NCBI GenBank assembly: GCA_030619715.1
Contig: JAUXAW010000001.1
Span: 3,195 to 67,194, forward strand
DNA: 64,000 bases
Direction: 5' to 3'
DNA from: a candidate division WWE3 bacterium
GTDB lineage: Bacteria; Patescibacteriota; WWE3; JAUXAW01
Shown: piece by piece, positions 56,377 through 64,000 of the stretch
Position numbering within the stretch: position 1 is the stretch's first letter
Layout of the letters: each line of letters opens with the position of its first letter
Position numbers and translations under genes: made by a program
The notes under the pieces: generated by a model
What the model was told of the DNA's origin: nothing
Database searches by the model: none
The model's input: the letters and a program-made list of their open reading frames with translations, nothing else

Positions 56377-57127
56377 TCGCTGGATAGTTTGCCAAGAGAC
56401 GCTTTCTCTCAACCTCTGGCAAATCGTAAAACTTCAAAATTTTCAGACGATAAAAAATAGAAAGGGTGTCAAACAGAGTCTCAAAAAGGGAACGGGGGCT
56501 GACCGCGGTGCTAAGCACAAGCCGTAGCCGGACCGGCGCCTCTCTAATCTTAAAGTTGTAGTGGTGCGCCAGGGCCAAAACCTCGATATCAAAGGCGTAA
56601 CGCTTAACTAGAAGCAAAGGCATAATCTTTTCCAAAACTTTACGGCGAAAAACTTTTAAGCCCACTTGAGTATCGGTCACCCCCAAATCAAAGAGAAGTT
56701 TGACGGTAACTTGGGCCCCAAAACTGACCAACCGACGGTGCCAGGGATAAACTACCTGTGACCTAGGATGCACCTTCGAACCAATAACCAGATCCGCCCC
56801 ACTCTCTTCCAAAATCCTTAAGAAATAAACTATTTGTGAGGGAGGAAAATCAAGACCGGCGTCAAAAAAGGCAATCACATCCCCGCGGCTCTTCTCAAAA
56901 CCAAACTTGAGGGCGTGGCCTTTGCCGCGATTTGGTTCGTAGTAAAAAACTTGCACTCGATCGCCCCGCAAGGATTTGGCAACTTCGTAAGTTCCATCGG
57001 AACTGCCGTCGTCAACCACCACCAGCTCGTAATCCAGCTGCTGTTGGTCTAAAAAATCAGCCAGAGACCGAATCGTCTCTTTAATCCTTTTCTCTTCGTT
57101 GTAAGCGGGAATAATTACCGAAAGCAT
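56324..57127 (-). CDS. GT2 polyprenyl-phosphate sugar synthase (DPM1/GtrB-like).
   Basis: LSVIIPAYNEEKRIKETI...LVVVDDGSSDGT. 267 aa. Confidence 0.75.
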   Translation of the reverse strand: MLSVIIPAYNEEKRIKETIRSLADFLDQQQLDYELVVVDDGSSDGTYEVAKSLRGDRVQVFYYEPNRGKGHALKFGFEKSRGDVIAFFDAGLDFPPSQIVYFLRILEESGADLVIGSKVHPRSQVVYPWHRRLVSFGAQVTVKLLFDLGVTDTQVGLKVFRRKVLEKIMPLLLVKRYAFDIEVLALAHHYNFKIREAPVRLRLVLSTAVSPRSLFETLFDTLSIFYRLKILKFYDLPEVERKRLLANYPATTLDRVLNSLFGRVLDK

Positions 57128-58322
57128 GATCGAACCCGAGGGTAGCCAACACCCCCGTCATCACTACAATGTTACCATAAATCACCTGGTCCAAGGTTTC
57201 GTGAAAAAAGCACAAAAGTGCAATTTGGAGCACGGAGAAAATTGCTAAAAAAATAGCCGGGCGAAAATTGCCAATCGAGAGAAAAAAACGAGAGATAAGA
57301 TCGACAACGGCGTACAGTCCCATAAACACGGCAAAAACCCCTAAGTAAGGCACCGCGGCAAGGTATTGAGAACCAAACAGTAACGTCACCAAAAACCGAG
57401 GCAGAAGAAAATAAACCAAAACTCCAATCAGCGCTCCGGGAACGACCAGCAACAAGGATTTATGAAGAACCGCAAAAGGATTCTCTCCCCTCTCCTGCTT
57501 TTCTGCCGCCATTGGGAAAGCCACCATGACCACCGAACTTAGGCCAAAAAAGATTATCCTCCCTATCATCACCACCGAGCCGTAAATCCCCGCCTCCTCG
57601 GGGGAGAAAAAGTGTTTGACCAAAATGACATCGGTGTTATAAAAAGCAGCTAGTGCCAAAAGGGTAACCGTCGTCGGTAGAGCGTATTTCAACAAGTCCG
57701 TTTTTACAAACGAGCTTCCTGTAAAAGAGGTCCGCAAGTTCTTCCTCAAAAGCAGCAGAGCAACAACAATAGTCAGACCGCTAGAAATGATCAATCCCCA
57801 AGTAACCCCCCAAAGCCCAAAACCCAAAGCCGCCAAACCCACCCCGAACAAAAATTTCAAAAAGGGGCCCAAAAAAGACATTAGGGAAAAGGCCTTAAAC
57901 CTTAGCAGCCCTCGCAAAAAACCCAATGGGGACGAAGCCGTGAGAGAAAGGGCAACGAAGCCAAAAAACAGAACCGGAAGGAGGGGGTTGGCTATTTTTA
58001 AAAATTCGGCTAGCTGATTCCGGAAAACGAAAGCCAGACCGAGAAAAGTTAAACCCAAAAAGGATGTGGCTTTACTTGTCCAAACAAGAGCCTCCGTCAC
58101 CGCTTCAAAATCACCCTGCGCTTTGTACTTAGAAGCAAATTTAGTAGCGGTTGTCCTCAAAACACCTCCGGGGACACCGGCGATGTAGAGAAGAGAAAAG
58201 AGGGAGACAAGCGTTCCGTATTCCGCCGGCGAAAGCAACCGCCCCATCGCCAAGTGAAAGAAGTAATTAAGGAAAGCTCCCCCCAAAGAGCCCACGAGGA
58301 CGAGTATAATGGATTTTTTCAT
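57081..58322 (-). CDS. Polytopic membrane protein, flippase-like (Wzx/MATE-like polysaccharide biosynthesis family).
   Basis: About 12 TM segments. N-terminus LVLVGSLGGAFLNYFFHLAMGRLLSPAEYG. Confidence 0.5.
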   Translation of the reverse strand: MKKSIILVLVGSLGGAFLNYFFHLAMGRLLSPAEYGTLVSLFSLLYIAGVPGGVLRTTATKFASKYKAQGDFEAVTEALVWTSKATSFLGLTFLGLAFVFRNQLAEFLKIANPLLPVLFFGFVALSLTASSPLGFLRGLLRFKAFSLMSFLGPFLKFLFGVGLAALGFGLWGVTWGLIISSGLTIVVALLLLRKNLRTSFTGSSFVKTDLLKYALPTTVTLLALAAFYNTDVILVKHFFSPEEAGIYGSVVMIGRIIFFGLSSVVMVAFPMAAEKQERGENPFAVLHKSLLLVVPGALIGVLVYFLLPRFLVTLLFGSQYLAAVPYLGVFAVFMGLYAVVDLISRFFLSIGNFRPAIFLAIFSVLQIALLCFFHETLDQVIYGNIVVMTGVLATLGFDHAFGNYSRLQRREKD

Positions 58323-58525
58323 GAACGAAAGATGAAAACGATCCCGGCCATAATTAACAAAACGCCGCCAAACCGTACCAAAGACACCTGCTCACCAACC
58401 TCCAACCTTGTTAACCCCAAACTTCATCAGGAACTGGCCCACAACCCCCAAAATAATATTAATACCGAGCAGAAGATAAGGCGAAATCATTATTTGCCTA
58501 AGATTCTACCAACACCGAGCCCTCG

Positions 58526-60430
58526 ATGTCAAAACCAACGCTTGAATCCCGCTATCAACTTGTATACTATTGGGGTATGGTCCGGGCGAAGACTTCACGC
58601 TTAAAGAGGCTTTCAAAGCGCAAGAAGGTCCTGCTTACTGCTCTGGTGGTGTTGGTTTTGCTGGCCATAGGGGGCTACTTCTTGGTAGGCAGACCGGCGC
58701 AGGCCCTGTACCAGCAGGCCAAGTTAGCCAAACCCCATCTGGCCAATCTTAAAACCGGCTTGATAACACAAAATCTACCTCAAATTCGAGCGGAAGTGGC
58801 TGAACTCGATCAAATCCGAGCGAAGTCGGCGGAAATTTACCAACAGTTTGGCTGGCTCGAAGTAATTCCGGGGGTCGGTAACTATTATCGGGACGGCCAG
58901 CACGTTTTCAGGGCGGGAGAGGCGGGAATCGAAGCGGCGCAGATTATGGTCACGGCCCTAGAACCTTTTGAAGATTTTGAAGATATTGAAAAATTAACCC
59001 AGCTGGTTGTCATCTCTCCCCAAATTATCCCTCAACTAGAGGAGGCCTTACAGAAAATCGCGGTTGTCCGCGCGGAAATCACCCAAATCAACCCCCAGCG
59101 CTACCCTACCGAGATTAAGGGGTTTAAAATCCGCTCTAACTTAGAAAGCGCAATCGCCGCGCTCGACAGCGCCGAGGGGCTCCTCACCGACGCGGGACCC
59201 CTTCTGCGCGCTCTGCCTCAGGCGCTAGGAGCGGAAGAGCCCCAAAATTATTTAATTCTCTTCCAAAACGATAAAGAGCTCCGGCCCGGTGGCGGTTTCA
59301 TCACCGCCTACGCCCTGGCCCAATTCAACCAAGGGGTATTTTCTGTTTTGCAGTCAGACGATATTTATAATCTGGACCAGAACCGCGTGCGCCTGCCGGC
59401 CCCAGATCCGATTACGCGCTTTTTGAAAGTGCCGGGGTTTTACATGCGCGACACCAACTTTTCGCCCGACTTCAAAAAGAGCATGGAGGATTTTCTCATT
59501 TACTACGACGCCTGCGGTGCGCCGCCGGTAGCCGGAATTATCGCCATTGATACCCAATTCGTGGAAAGCTTTTTGGAACTCACGGGACCCATCAGCGTCC
59601 CCGAATACCAGCAAGATTTTTCCGGCTGGCCTAACCTGCCTCAATCCTGCCGCACGGGAGGCACGGACTTCACCACCGAAAATGTGGTTTGCCGACTGGA
59701 GCTCTACGCCGAGAAAATTCTCCATGGAAGCAGTCAACGCAAGGCCTTGATTGGTGATTTAATGGGGCATCTGGTCGATTGGCTGCTGACCGCGCCCCCG
59801 AACATCTGGCCGCCGATACTCAAAAATGTGGTCGAACAGGCGCAGACCAAACATCTATTAGTTTATTTTGAAAATGAAACTCTACAGAAATTGGCCGAAG
59901 ACTACAATTTGGCCGGACGGCTGCGAGAGGATTTCAAAACCGATTTTCTGCACGTTAACGACGCTAATTTAGCCGGCGCCAAATCCGATCTCTACATGGA
60001 TCGCAAATACCGCCTGGAGGTCAAAACAACCGGCGACGGGCAGGTGATCAACAAATTGACCCTCACTTACGCTAACACCGGTCTTTATGATGGCTGGCTC
60101 AACACAACCAATCGCGATTATCTAAGGATCTATGTCCCTCAGGGCTCTATGCTCATCGATTCCGACGGCGGTTCGTACGAGACAACAACTTTCGAGGACT
60201 TGGGCAAAACCGTTTTTGATAATTTTCTGCAGACCCCTCCACTGCAGACAATTCAGTTTATGGTCGAGTACCAATTGCCGCCGGAGGTGGAGAGAAAATC
60301 CTCAAAAGAATATGAGTTGCTAATCCAAAAACAGCCAGGGAAGGGGGCCGAAGAATGGACGGTGGTCGTAAACGGAGAAGAGCAAACGATAAATCTGGAT
60401 AGAGACGAAAAACTAAGATTTGAACTCTAA
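58526..60430 (+). CDS. DUF4012 domain protein (paralog B).
   Basis: YLILFQNDKELRPGGGFITAYALAQF. Collinear similarity to 23109-24953 (IDTYFV/IDTQFV, LYLHAPEAQKLAEKYNFAGR/LLVYFENETLQKLAEDYNLAGR). Confidence 0.8.
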   Translation: MSKPTLESRYQLVYYWGMVRAKTSRLKRLSKRKKVLLTALVVLVLLAIGGYFLVGRPAQALYQQAKLAKPHLANLKTGLITQNLPQIRAEVAELDQIRAKSAEIYQQFGWLEVIPGVGNYYRDGQHVFRAGEAGIEAAQIMVTALEPFEDFEDIEKLTQLVVISPQIIPQLEEALQKIAVVRAEITQINPQRYPTEIKGFKIRSNLESAIAALDSAEGLLTDAGPLLRALPQALGAEEPQNYLILFQNDKELRPGGGFITAYALAQFNQGVFSVLQSDDIYNLDQNRVRLPAPDPITRFLKVPGFYMRDTNFSPDFKKSMEDFLIYYDACGAPPVAGIIAIDTQFVESFLELTGPISVPEYQQDFSGWPNLPQSCRTGGTDFTTENVVCRLELYAEKILHGSSQRKALIGDLMGHLVDWLLTAPPNIWPPILKNVVEQAQTKHLLVYFENETLQKLAEDYNLAGRLREDFKTDFLHVNDANLAGAKSDLYMDRKYRLEVKTTGDGQVINKLTLTYANTGLYDGWLNTTNRDYLRIYVPQGSMLIDSDGGSYETTTFEDLGKTVFDNFLQTPPLQTIQFMVEYQLPPEVERKSSKEYELLIQKQPGKGAEEWTVVVNGEEQTINLDRDEKLRFEL

Positions 60431-60734
60431 TCGTGCCGAAAAAGCCTTAACCCCTGTAACTAAAGCATTTAATCATGCCTAACGATTAACGAGCGTCGTT
60501 ACAACATCCCTGATTAATGTGCTTTACCTACGGGGCTCTACCGGACCATAATCGGACCATCTCCAAATCCCTTTAACTGCAACGCACTCAACCTAACTTC
60601 CTTTACCTACAACCTTTAATCGGGTCATAATCGAGTCATAATCGGGTCATTTTTCATTACCTTAATCATTACCTATTTCAGCGGGATGCCTTTGCCTACA
60701 GCGTTTAATCATTACCTAATCGTTACTCTAATCA
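60431..60734. repeat. Repeat-rich non-coding region (TAATCGGGTCA x3, AATCATTACCT x3, CTTTACCTAC x2).
   Basis: aatcgggtcataatcgagtcataatcgggtcat ... taatcattacct repeated at ~60664, ~60708 and ~60731. Confidence 0.7.
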
Positions 60735-62120
60735 TTACCTAGGAACATAGACAACATTTCGACCGGAACCCCTGACGGCGAGAATCTCTCTCTCAACCAA
60801 GTTGTTCAATTCCAAAAATGCTGTCTTTCCCGACACTTCAAACAACCTACGATAATCTTTATTTGAAATCCGACCTTCCTTATTGACAAAATCAAGCGCG
60901 TTTCTCTGTCTCTCATTGAGTCCAGAGAGGTCCACCTTCGAAGTATCAACCCTCTTTTTATACGTCGGATCAAAAAGAGTGGTAATCACCGCCACGTTGA
61001 TGTCTTTCCAAATCGGATACTGCAACTTAAGCGGATAATTTTCAATTGTCTCGTAAATCCGGTCAACACCATTGCCAAACTCCTCGAGATATTTAACATC
61101 GTGGAGAACGCGAGCAATGGTTGGATTGCGTGAGCGTTGTGATTCGCGAAGATTCTCTGGTGTTATTCCCTCAAGAAAACTTCCCGGACTGTAAAACTCA
61201 ATTCGGTCGGCAAACATCTGAATCAAAATCCGTGAGCCGTAAATAGTGTAATCACGGTGGACAACGGCGTTAACAAGCAGCTCACGCAAGACAAAGTAGG
61301 GATAGACCGGCGTGTCTCGGCGGGCGATACCGACTTTGGGAATCTTGGAAATGACCTGAATATGTTCGCGCAGATACTGGTCGGCCTTGTCAATTTGGTC
61401 AAAAAGATTGCCAAAAAAATCTTTGGAATCAAGAATCGTATCGGTAATCGTGGCCTCGGGGTAGCGAACAACCGTCACATAGGCCTTGGGAATAAACTTT
61501 TGCGGTTCCTTGCCAAAGCTGAGAATTCCGGCGTTGGTCACCTCACCATCGGCAGTCAGGCAGCCGCGACCTTTTAAAATTTCCTCGTTCGAACCGTAAA
61601 GGCGGGCATCGTTAACGCTTTCGTATTTCTTTTTAAAATCCAAAATCGCTGCCTCGTCGATATCTGCCCATCTGGCCTCTGGACAAAGCTGCGAACCAAA
61701 AGCGTATTTCGCCTGCGAAAAGAGCAGCCGCTCGTATTCGCTACGACTCATCAACTTGGTCACACTTCCCGAACGTTTGAAGGGCTTTCCGTAAGCCAGA
61801 TGGGGTTTTTGCGTGCTGGGGGCAACTTCAACACTGATAATTTTTTTACCGTCAATTTCTGAAACAGTGATACGAGGATAGATAACCGGATCGGTGTTGT
61901 CCGTGATGGTGTTGGTCAGCTTTTCGATCGTGTTGTTGCCAATCTCGGCTCCCGAAACCTTGCCGTCGTCACTGACACCAATTAAGAGAATCCCACCGGC
62001 GCTGTTGGCGAAACTGGCGACGATTTCCACCAGCCGCCGCCGATCGGACGACGACGATTTAAACTCCAGCTGCTCCCCCTCCTTCTGCCCGATAATTTCC
62101 CGCAGATGTTCCTCACTCAT
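60735..62120 (-). CDS. AlbA_2 (Schlafen-like) plus HATPase_c_4 domain protein with a C-terminal wHTH. Putative transcriptional regulator.
   Basis: N-terminus EHLREIIGQKEGEQLEFKSS...ASFANSAGGILLIGVSDDGKV. C-terminal VVHRDYTIYGSRILIQMFADRIEFYSPGSF motif. Confidence 0.6.
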   Translation of the reverse strand: MSEEHLREIIGQKEGEQLEFKSSSSDRRRLVEIVASFANSAGGILLIGVSDDGKVSGAEIGNNTIEKLTNTITDNTDPVIYPRITVSEIDGKKIISVEVAPSTQKPHLAYGKPFKRSGSVTKLMSRSEYERLLFSQAKYAFGSQLCPEARWADIDEAAILDFKKKYESVNDARLYGSNEEILKGRGCLTADGEVTNAGILSFGKEPQKFIPKAYVTVVRYPEATITDTILDSKDFFGNLFDQIDKADQYLREHIQVISKIPKVGIARRDTPVYPYFVLRELLVNAVVHRDYTIYGSRILIQMFADRIEFYSPGSFLEGITPENLRESQRSRNPTIARVLHDVKYLEEFGNGVDRIYETIENYPLKLQYPIWKDINVAVITTLFDPTYKKRVDTSKVDLSGLNERQRNALDFVNKEGRISNKDYRRLFEVSGKTAFLELNNLVEREILAVRGSGRNVVYVPR

Positions 62121-62127
62121 ATGGACC

Positions 62128-62622
62128 TTATTCCTGCTGCTGCGCCTTGGCCTGCATTATCGCCTGAACAACTCTGCCATCCTCTTTGAGCCCTTCGATA
62201 AAGAGAATGTGTTTGCGATTGATGCGCATCTCGTCCATCGGCCCGTGCATCTCCTGTCCCAACTTGATCAGGGTGTACCCCGGTTGCTGTGCCTGCGCTC
62301 CCGGCGTCGCCTCGGGAGTTTGGGTCTGCAACGGGGGCTTAGTAATTAGGTAATAGATATCTCTGAGGACGACTTCGCTGGCATTAGCCTTAGCAATTTT
62401 TCCGAAGTAAACCTGGCCGTTGGACAAAAAAACCGCCTGATAATCGCCGCTGGCAATTTTTACATCCCGACCTTTCCAAAAGTAGTATCCACCACCGATA
62501 AGGAGAATCACCACCGCAACCACAATCAGAGGAAGAAATTTTTTGTTAGCGCCCTTCGCCGCCGTTGGGGTCAGTCCGCCAGGGGCGGATGGGGTCGTTG
62601 CCTGTTGTGAAAAAGTAACCAT
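62128..62622 (-). CDS. Membrane-anchored hypothetical protein.
   Basis: N-terminal TM segment LPLIVVAVVILLIGGGYYFW. 164 aa. Confidence 0.45.
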   Translation of the reverse strand: MVTFSQQATTPSAPGGLTPTAAKGANKKFLPLIVVAVVILLIGGGYYFWKGRDVKIASGDYQAVFLSNGQVYFGKIAKANASEVVLRDIYYLITKPPLQTQTPEATPGAQAQQPGYTLIKLGQEMHGPMDEMRINRKHILFIEGLKEDGRVVQAIMQAKAQQQE

Positions 62623-62708
62623 TCCTAAATCACCCCCTATCGTTTTCCAGCATTTATTCTAATCCTCTAAAACGCCCCTGTCAACCCGTCAACCAGAACC
62701 ACTGACAT

Positions 62709-63965
62709 TCACTCGGAACGAAGCAGAAACTGCCAAAGAGGAAGAAGCTCTATCTCCGTGTCTCGAAAGCGCTCTTTTCTCGCCACACTTTTGGTCACAA
62801 TTTGCGCTCTTTGAACATCGGGAAACCTCTTCAAGAACAACTTCAAACCCAGCAATCTGTGATCATCCATCCTCAAATCCTCCACATATTTGGCCTCGAT
62901 CGGCAACGGCTCCTGATATGCCCCAACGACAAAATCTAATTCTCTTTGCGATTCGGCAAAATACCCCACCTCCTGACCCGTCCTCAAGAAATGAGCAAAA
63001 ATAGCGTTCTCCGCCTTAAAGCCCAAATCCTGCTCCCCGGTCAGAAGTGTCTTCAGCCCCGTGTCTAGAAGATAAATCTTCTTCTGCGCGTAAACTCTTT
63101 GACGGTGGGAGGTTGACCACTTAGTCATCTTCTTCACCAAAAAAGCGCTCTCCAAATATTCAATGTATTTTTTGACGGTATCTACGCTAACTTCCAAGGT
63201 ATTTGCCAATTTGTTGAAGCTGACTCGTGTCCCAACCGAGGACGTCAGCAGCAAAAACAAGTCTCGCGCAACCGTCAGATTTTTGATTGGATAAAGTCGA
63301 ACCAAATCCCGCAGGAAAATATCGTCTAACAACGCGTTGAGGTAATCGGTTGACGGGTTGAGAACATTCTCGGGGTAGCCGCCGACCTGCAAATATTCCT
63401 CCGCGTAGTTTTCGAGGAGATAACCTTCGGAAACCTTTGGCGCAATCTTTCTGAAATTGAGAAATTCAGAAAAACTCAGCGGATAAATGATTGTATTAAT
63501 TTGTCTGCCGGTGAGTTTTCCGCCGTGAGATTTTATCAAAGCCGACGTTGAACCGGAGCAAACAATTTTCAAGTTTTCGGTGTCATAAAGCGATTTTAGT
63601 TCTATTTCCCAGTTCGGTGTTTCTTGGACTTCGTCAAAGAAAAGCAGCACTCGCTCGTCGCGCGGCAGTGAAAATATCTGACGGAATTCCTCCAAGTGTT
63701 TGGAGATAGGCAACCCCACCGCCTGCGGATGATCGCAAGAAAGATAAAAAATCTTCTCTTTCCCAACCCCTATCTCCAACTGCCTCTTAATTATTTGTTT
63801 TAAAAAAGTCGTCTTCCCCACACGACGGCTTCCGACGACAATCTCTATTTGGGGGCGATCAAACCTTGCCAGTATTTTTTCGAGGTAATCCTCTCGAGGA
63901 AACCCCGTCTTGAAGTCCCTACCCTCCCACCACGGATTAAGGGAAAAATAGGCCTGTCTGTCCAT
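62709..63965 (-). CDS. AAA+ ATPase (AAA_14 plus DUF4143 family).
   Basis: Walker A IVVGSRRVGKTTFL. Walker B LLFFDEVQ. C-terminal DUF4143-like region. Confidence 0.7.
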   Translation of the reverse strand: MDRQAYFSLNPWWEGRDFKTGFPREDYLEKILARFDRPQIEIVVGSRRVGKTTFLKQIIKRQLEIGVGKEKIFYLSCDHPQAVGLPISKHLEEFRQIFSLPRDERVLLFFDEVQETPNWEIELKSLYDTENLKIVCSGSTSALIKSHGGKLTGRQINTIIYPLSFSEFLNFRKIAPKVSEGYLLENYAEEYLQVGGYPENVLNPSTDYLNALLDDIFLRDLVRLYPIKNLTVARDLFLLLTSSVGTRVSFNKLANTLEVSVDTVKKYIEYLESAFLVKKMTKWSTSHRQRVYAQKKIYLLDTGLKTLLTGEQDLGFKAENAIFAHFLRTGQEVGYFAESQRELDFVVGAYQEPLPIEAKYVEDLRMDDHRLLGLKLFLKRFPDVQRAQIVTKSVARKERFRDTEIELLPLWQFLLRSE

Positions 63966-64000
63966 AATGGCAATATTTTAACTCAAATCGAAGCTTTTGT

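Overview
This window looks like a small-genome, CPR/Patescibacteria-like bacterium. That call rests on gene content: an archaeal-type IleRS, a compact dcw cluster with no murC/D/E/ddl, DUF4012 proteins, and a roughly 45-50% GC background carrying short GC-rich inserts. Almost all genes lie on the minus strand.

Layout:
(1) A 5'-partial ileS (1-950, -).
(2) A roughly 4.8 kb accessory module (1027-5734). Its GC-rich part holds thymidine kinase, two hypothetical proteins and a small Cys-rich lipoprotein. It then has a three-gene minus-strand set: an XRE-HTH::deoxynucleoside-kinase fusion, translationally coupled to a divergent C5-cytosine-MTase-fold protein, followed by a DUF1599-like protein. 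This is a candidate nucleoside salvage or modification system.
(3) The dcw cluster, in order mraZ-rsmH-ftsL-ftsI-murA-murF-mraY-ftsW-murG-ftsQ-ftsA-[GxxExxY]-ftsZ (6095-21025).
(4) A GC-rich plus-strand insert between ftsQ and murG. It carries a perfect consensus promoter, a structured leader and a cold-shock-domain fusion protein.
(5) glyQS and recO.
(6) A roughly 35 kb surface-glycan locus (23109-60430) bracketed by two DUF4012 paralogs. It holds an initiating phosphoglycosyltransferase, about 16 GT2/GT4/CgeB-like glycosyltransferases, a Wzx flippase, a Wzy/O-antigen-ligase-like protein, wecB, fcl, two methyltransferases and two sulfotransferases (one fused to an SGNH hydrolase). On the plus strand it carries an unusual NMNAT-like nucleotidyltransferase::APS-kinase fusion (a candidate minimal PAPS synthase), flanked by a roughly 120 bp direct repeat that duplicates the 5' end of the neighbouring methyltransferase gene. 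The locus also contains a TMTC-like GT-C/TPR protein, a DPM1-like GT2 and a flippase-like membrane protein.
(7) An AlbA_2/HATPase_c_4 regulator-like protein and an AAA+ DUF4143 ATPase.

Other notable signals:
- A dispersed family of in-frame heptanucleotide tandem repeats (TTTGAGA/TTTGAGT, GGAAATT) sits inside murG, ftsI and several glycan genes. One copy lies next to an A7 tract at the 5' end of a DUF4012 gene.
- Three copies of an identical perfect sigma70-type promoter (TTGACA-17-TATAAT) are present.
- A large palindromic operator-like element was found.
- There are repeat-rich intergenic regions.

No rRNA, tRNA or CRISPR array was detected by eye.
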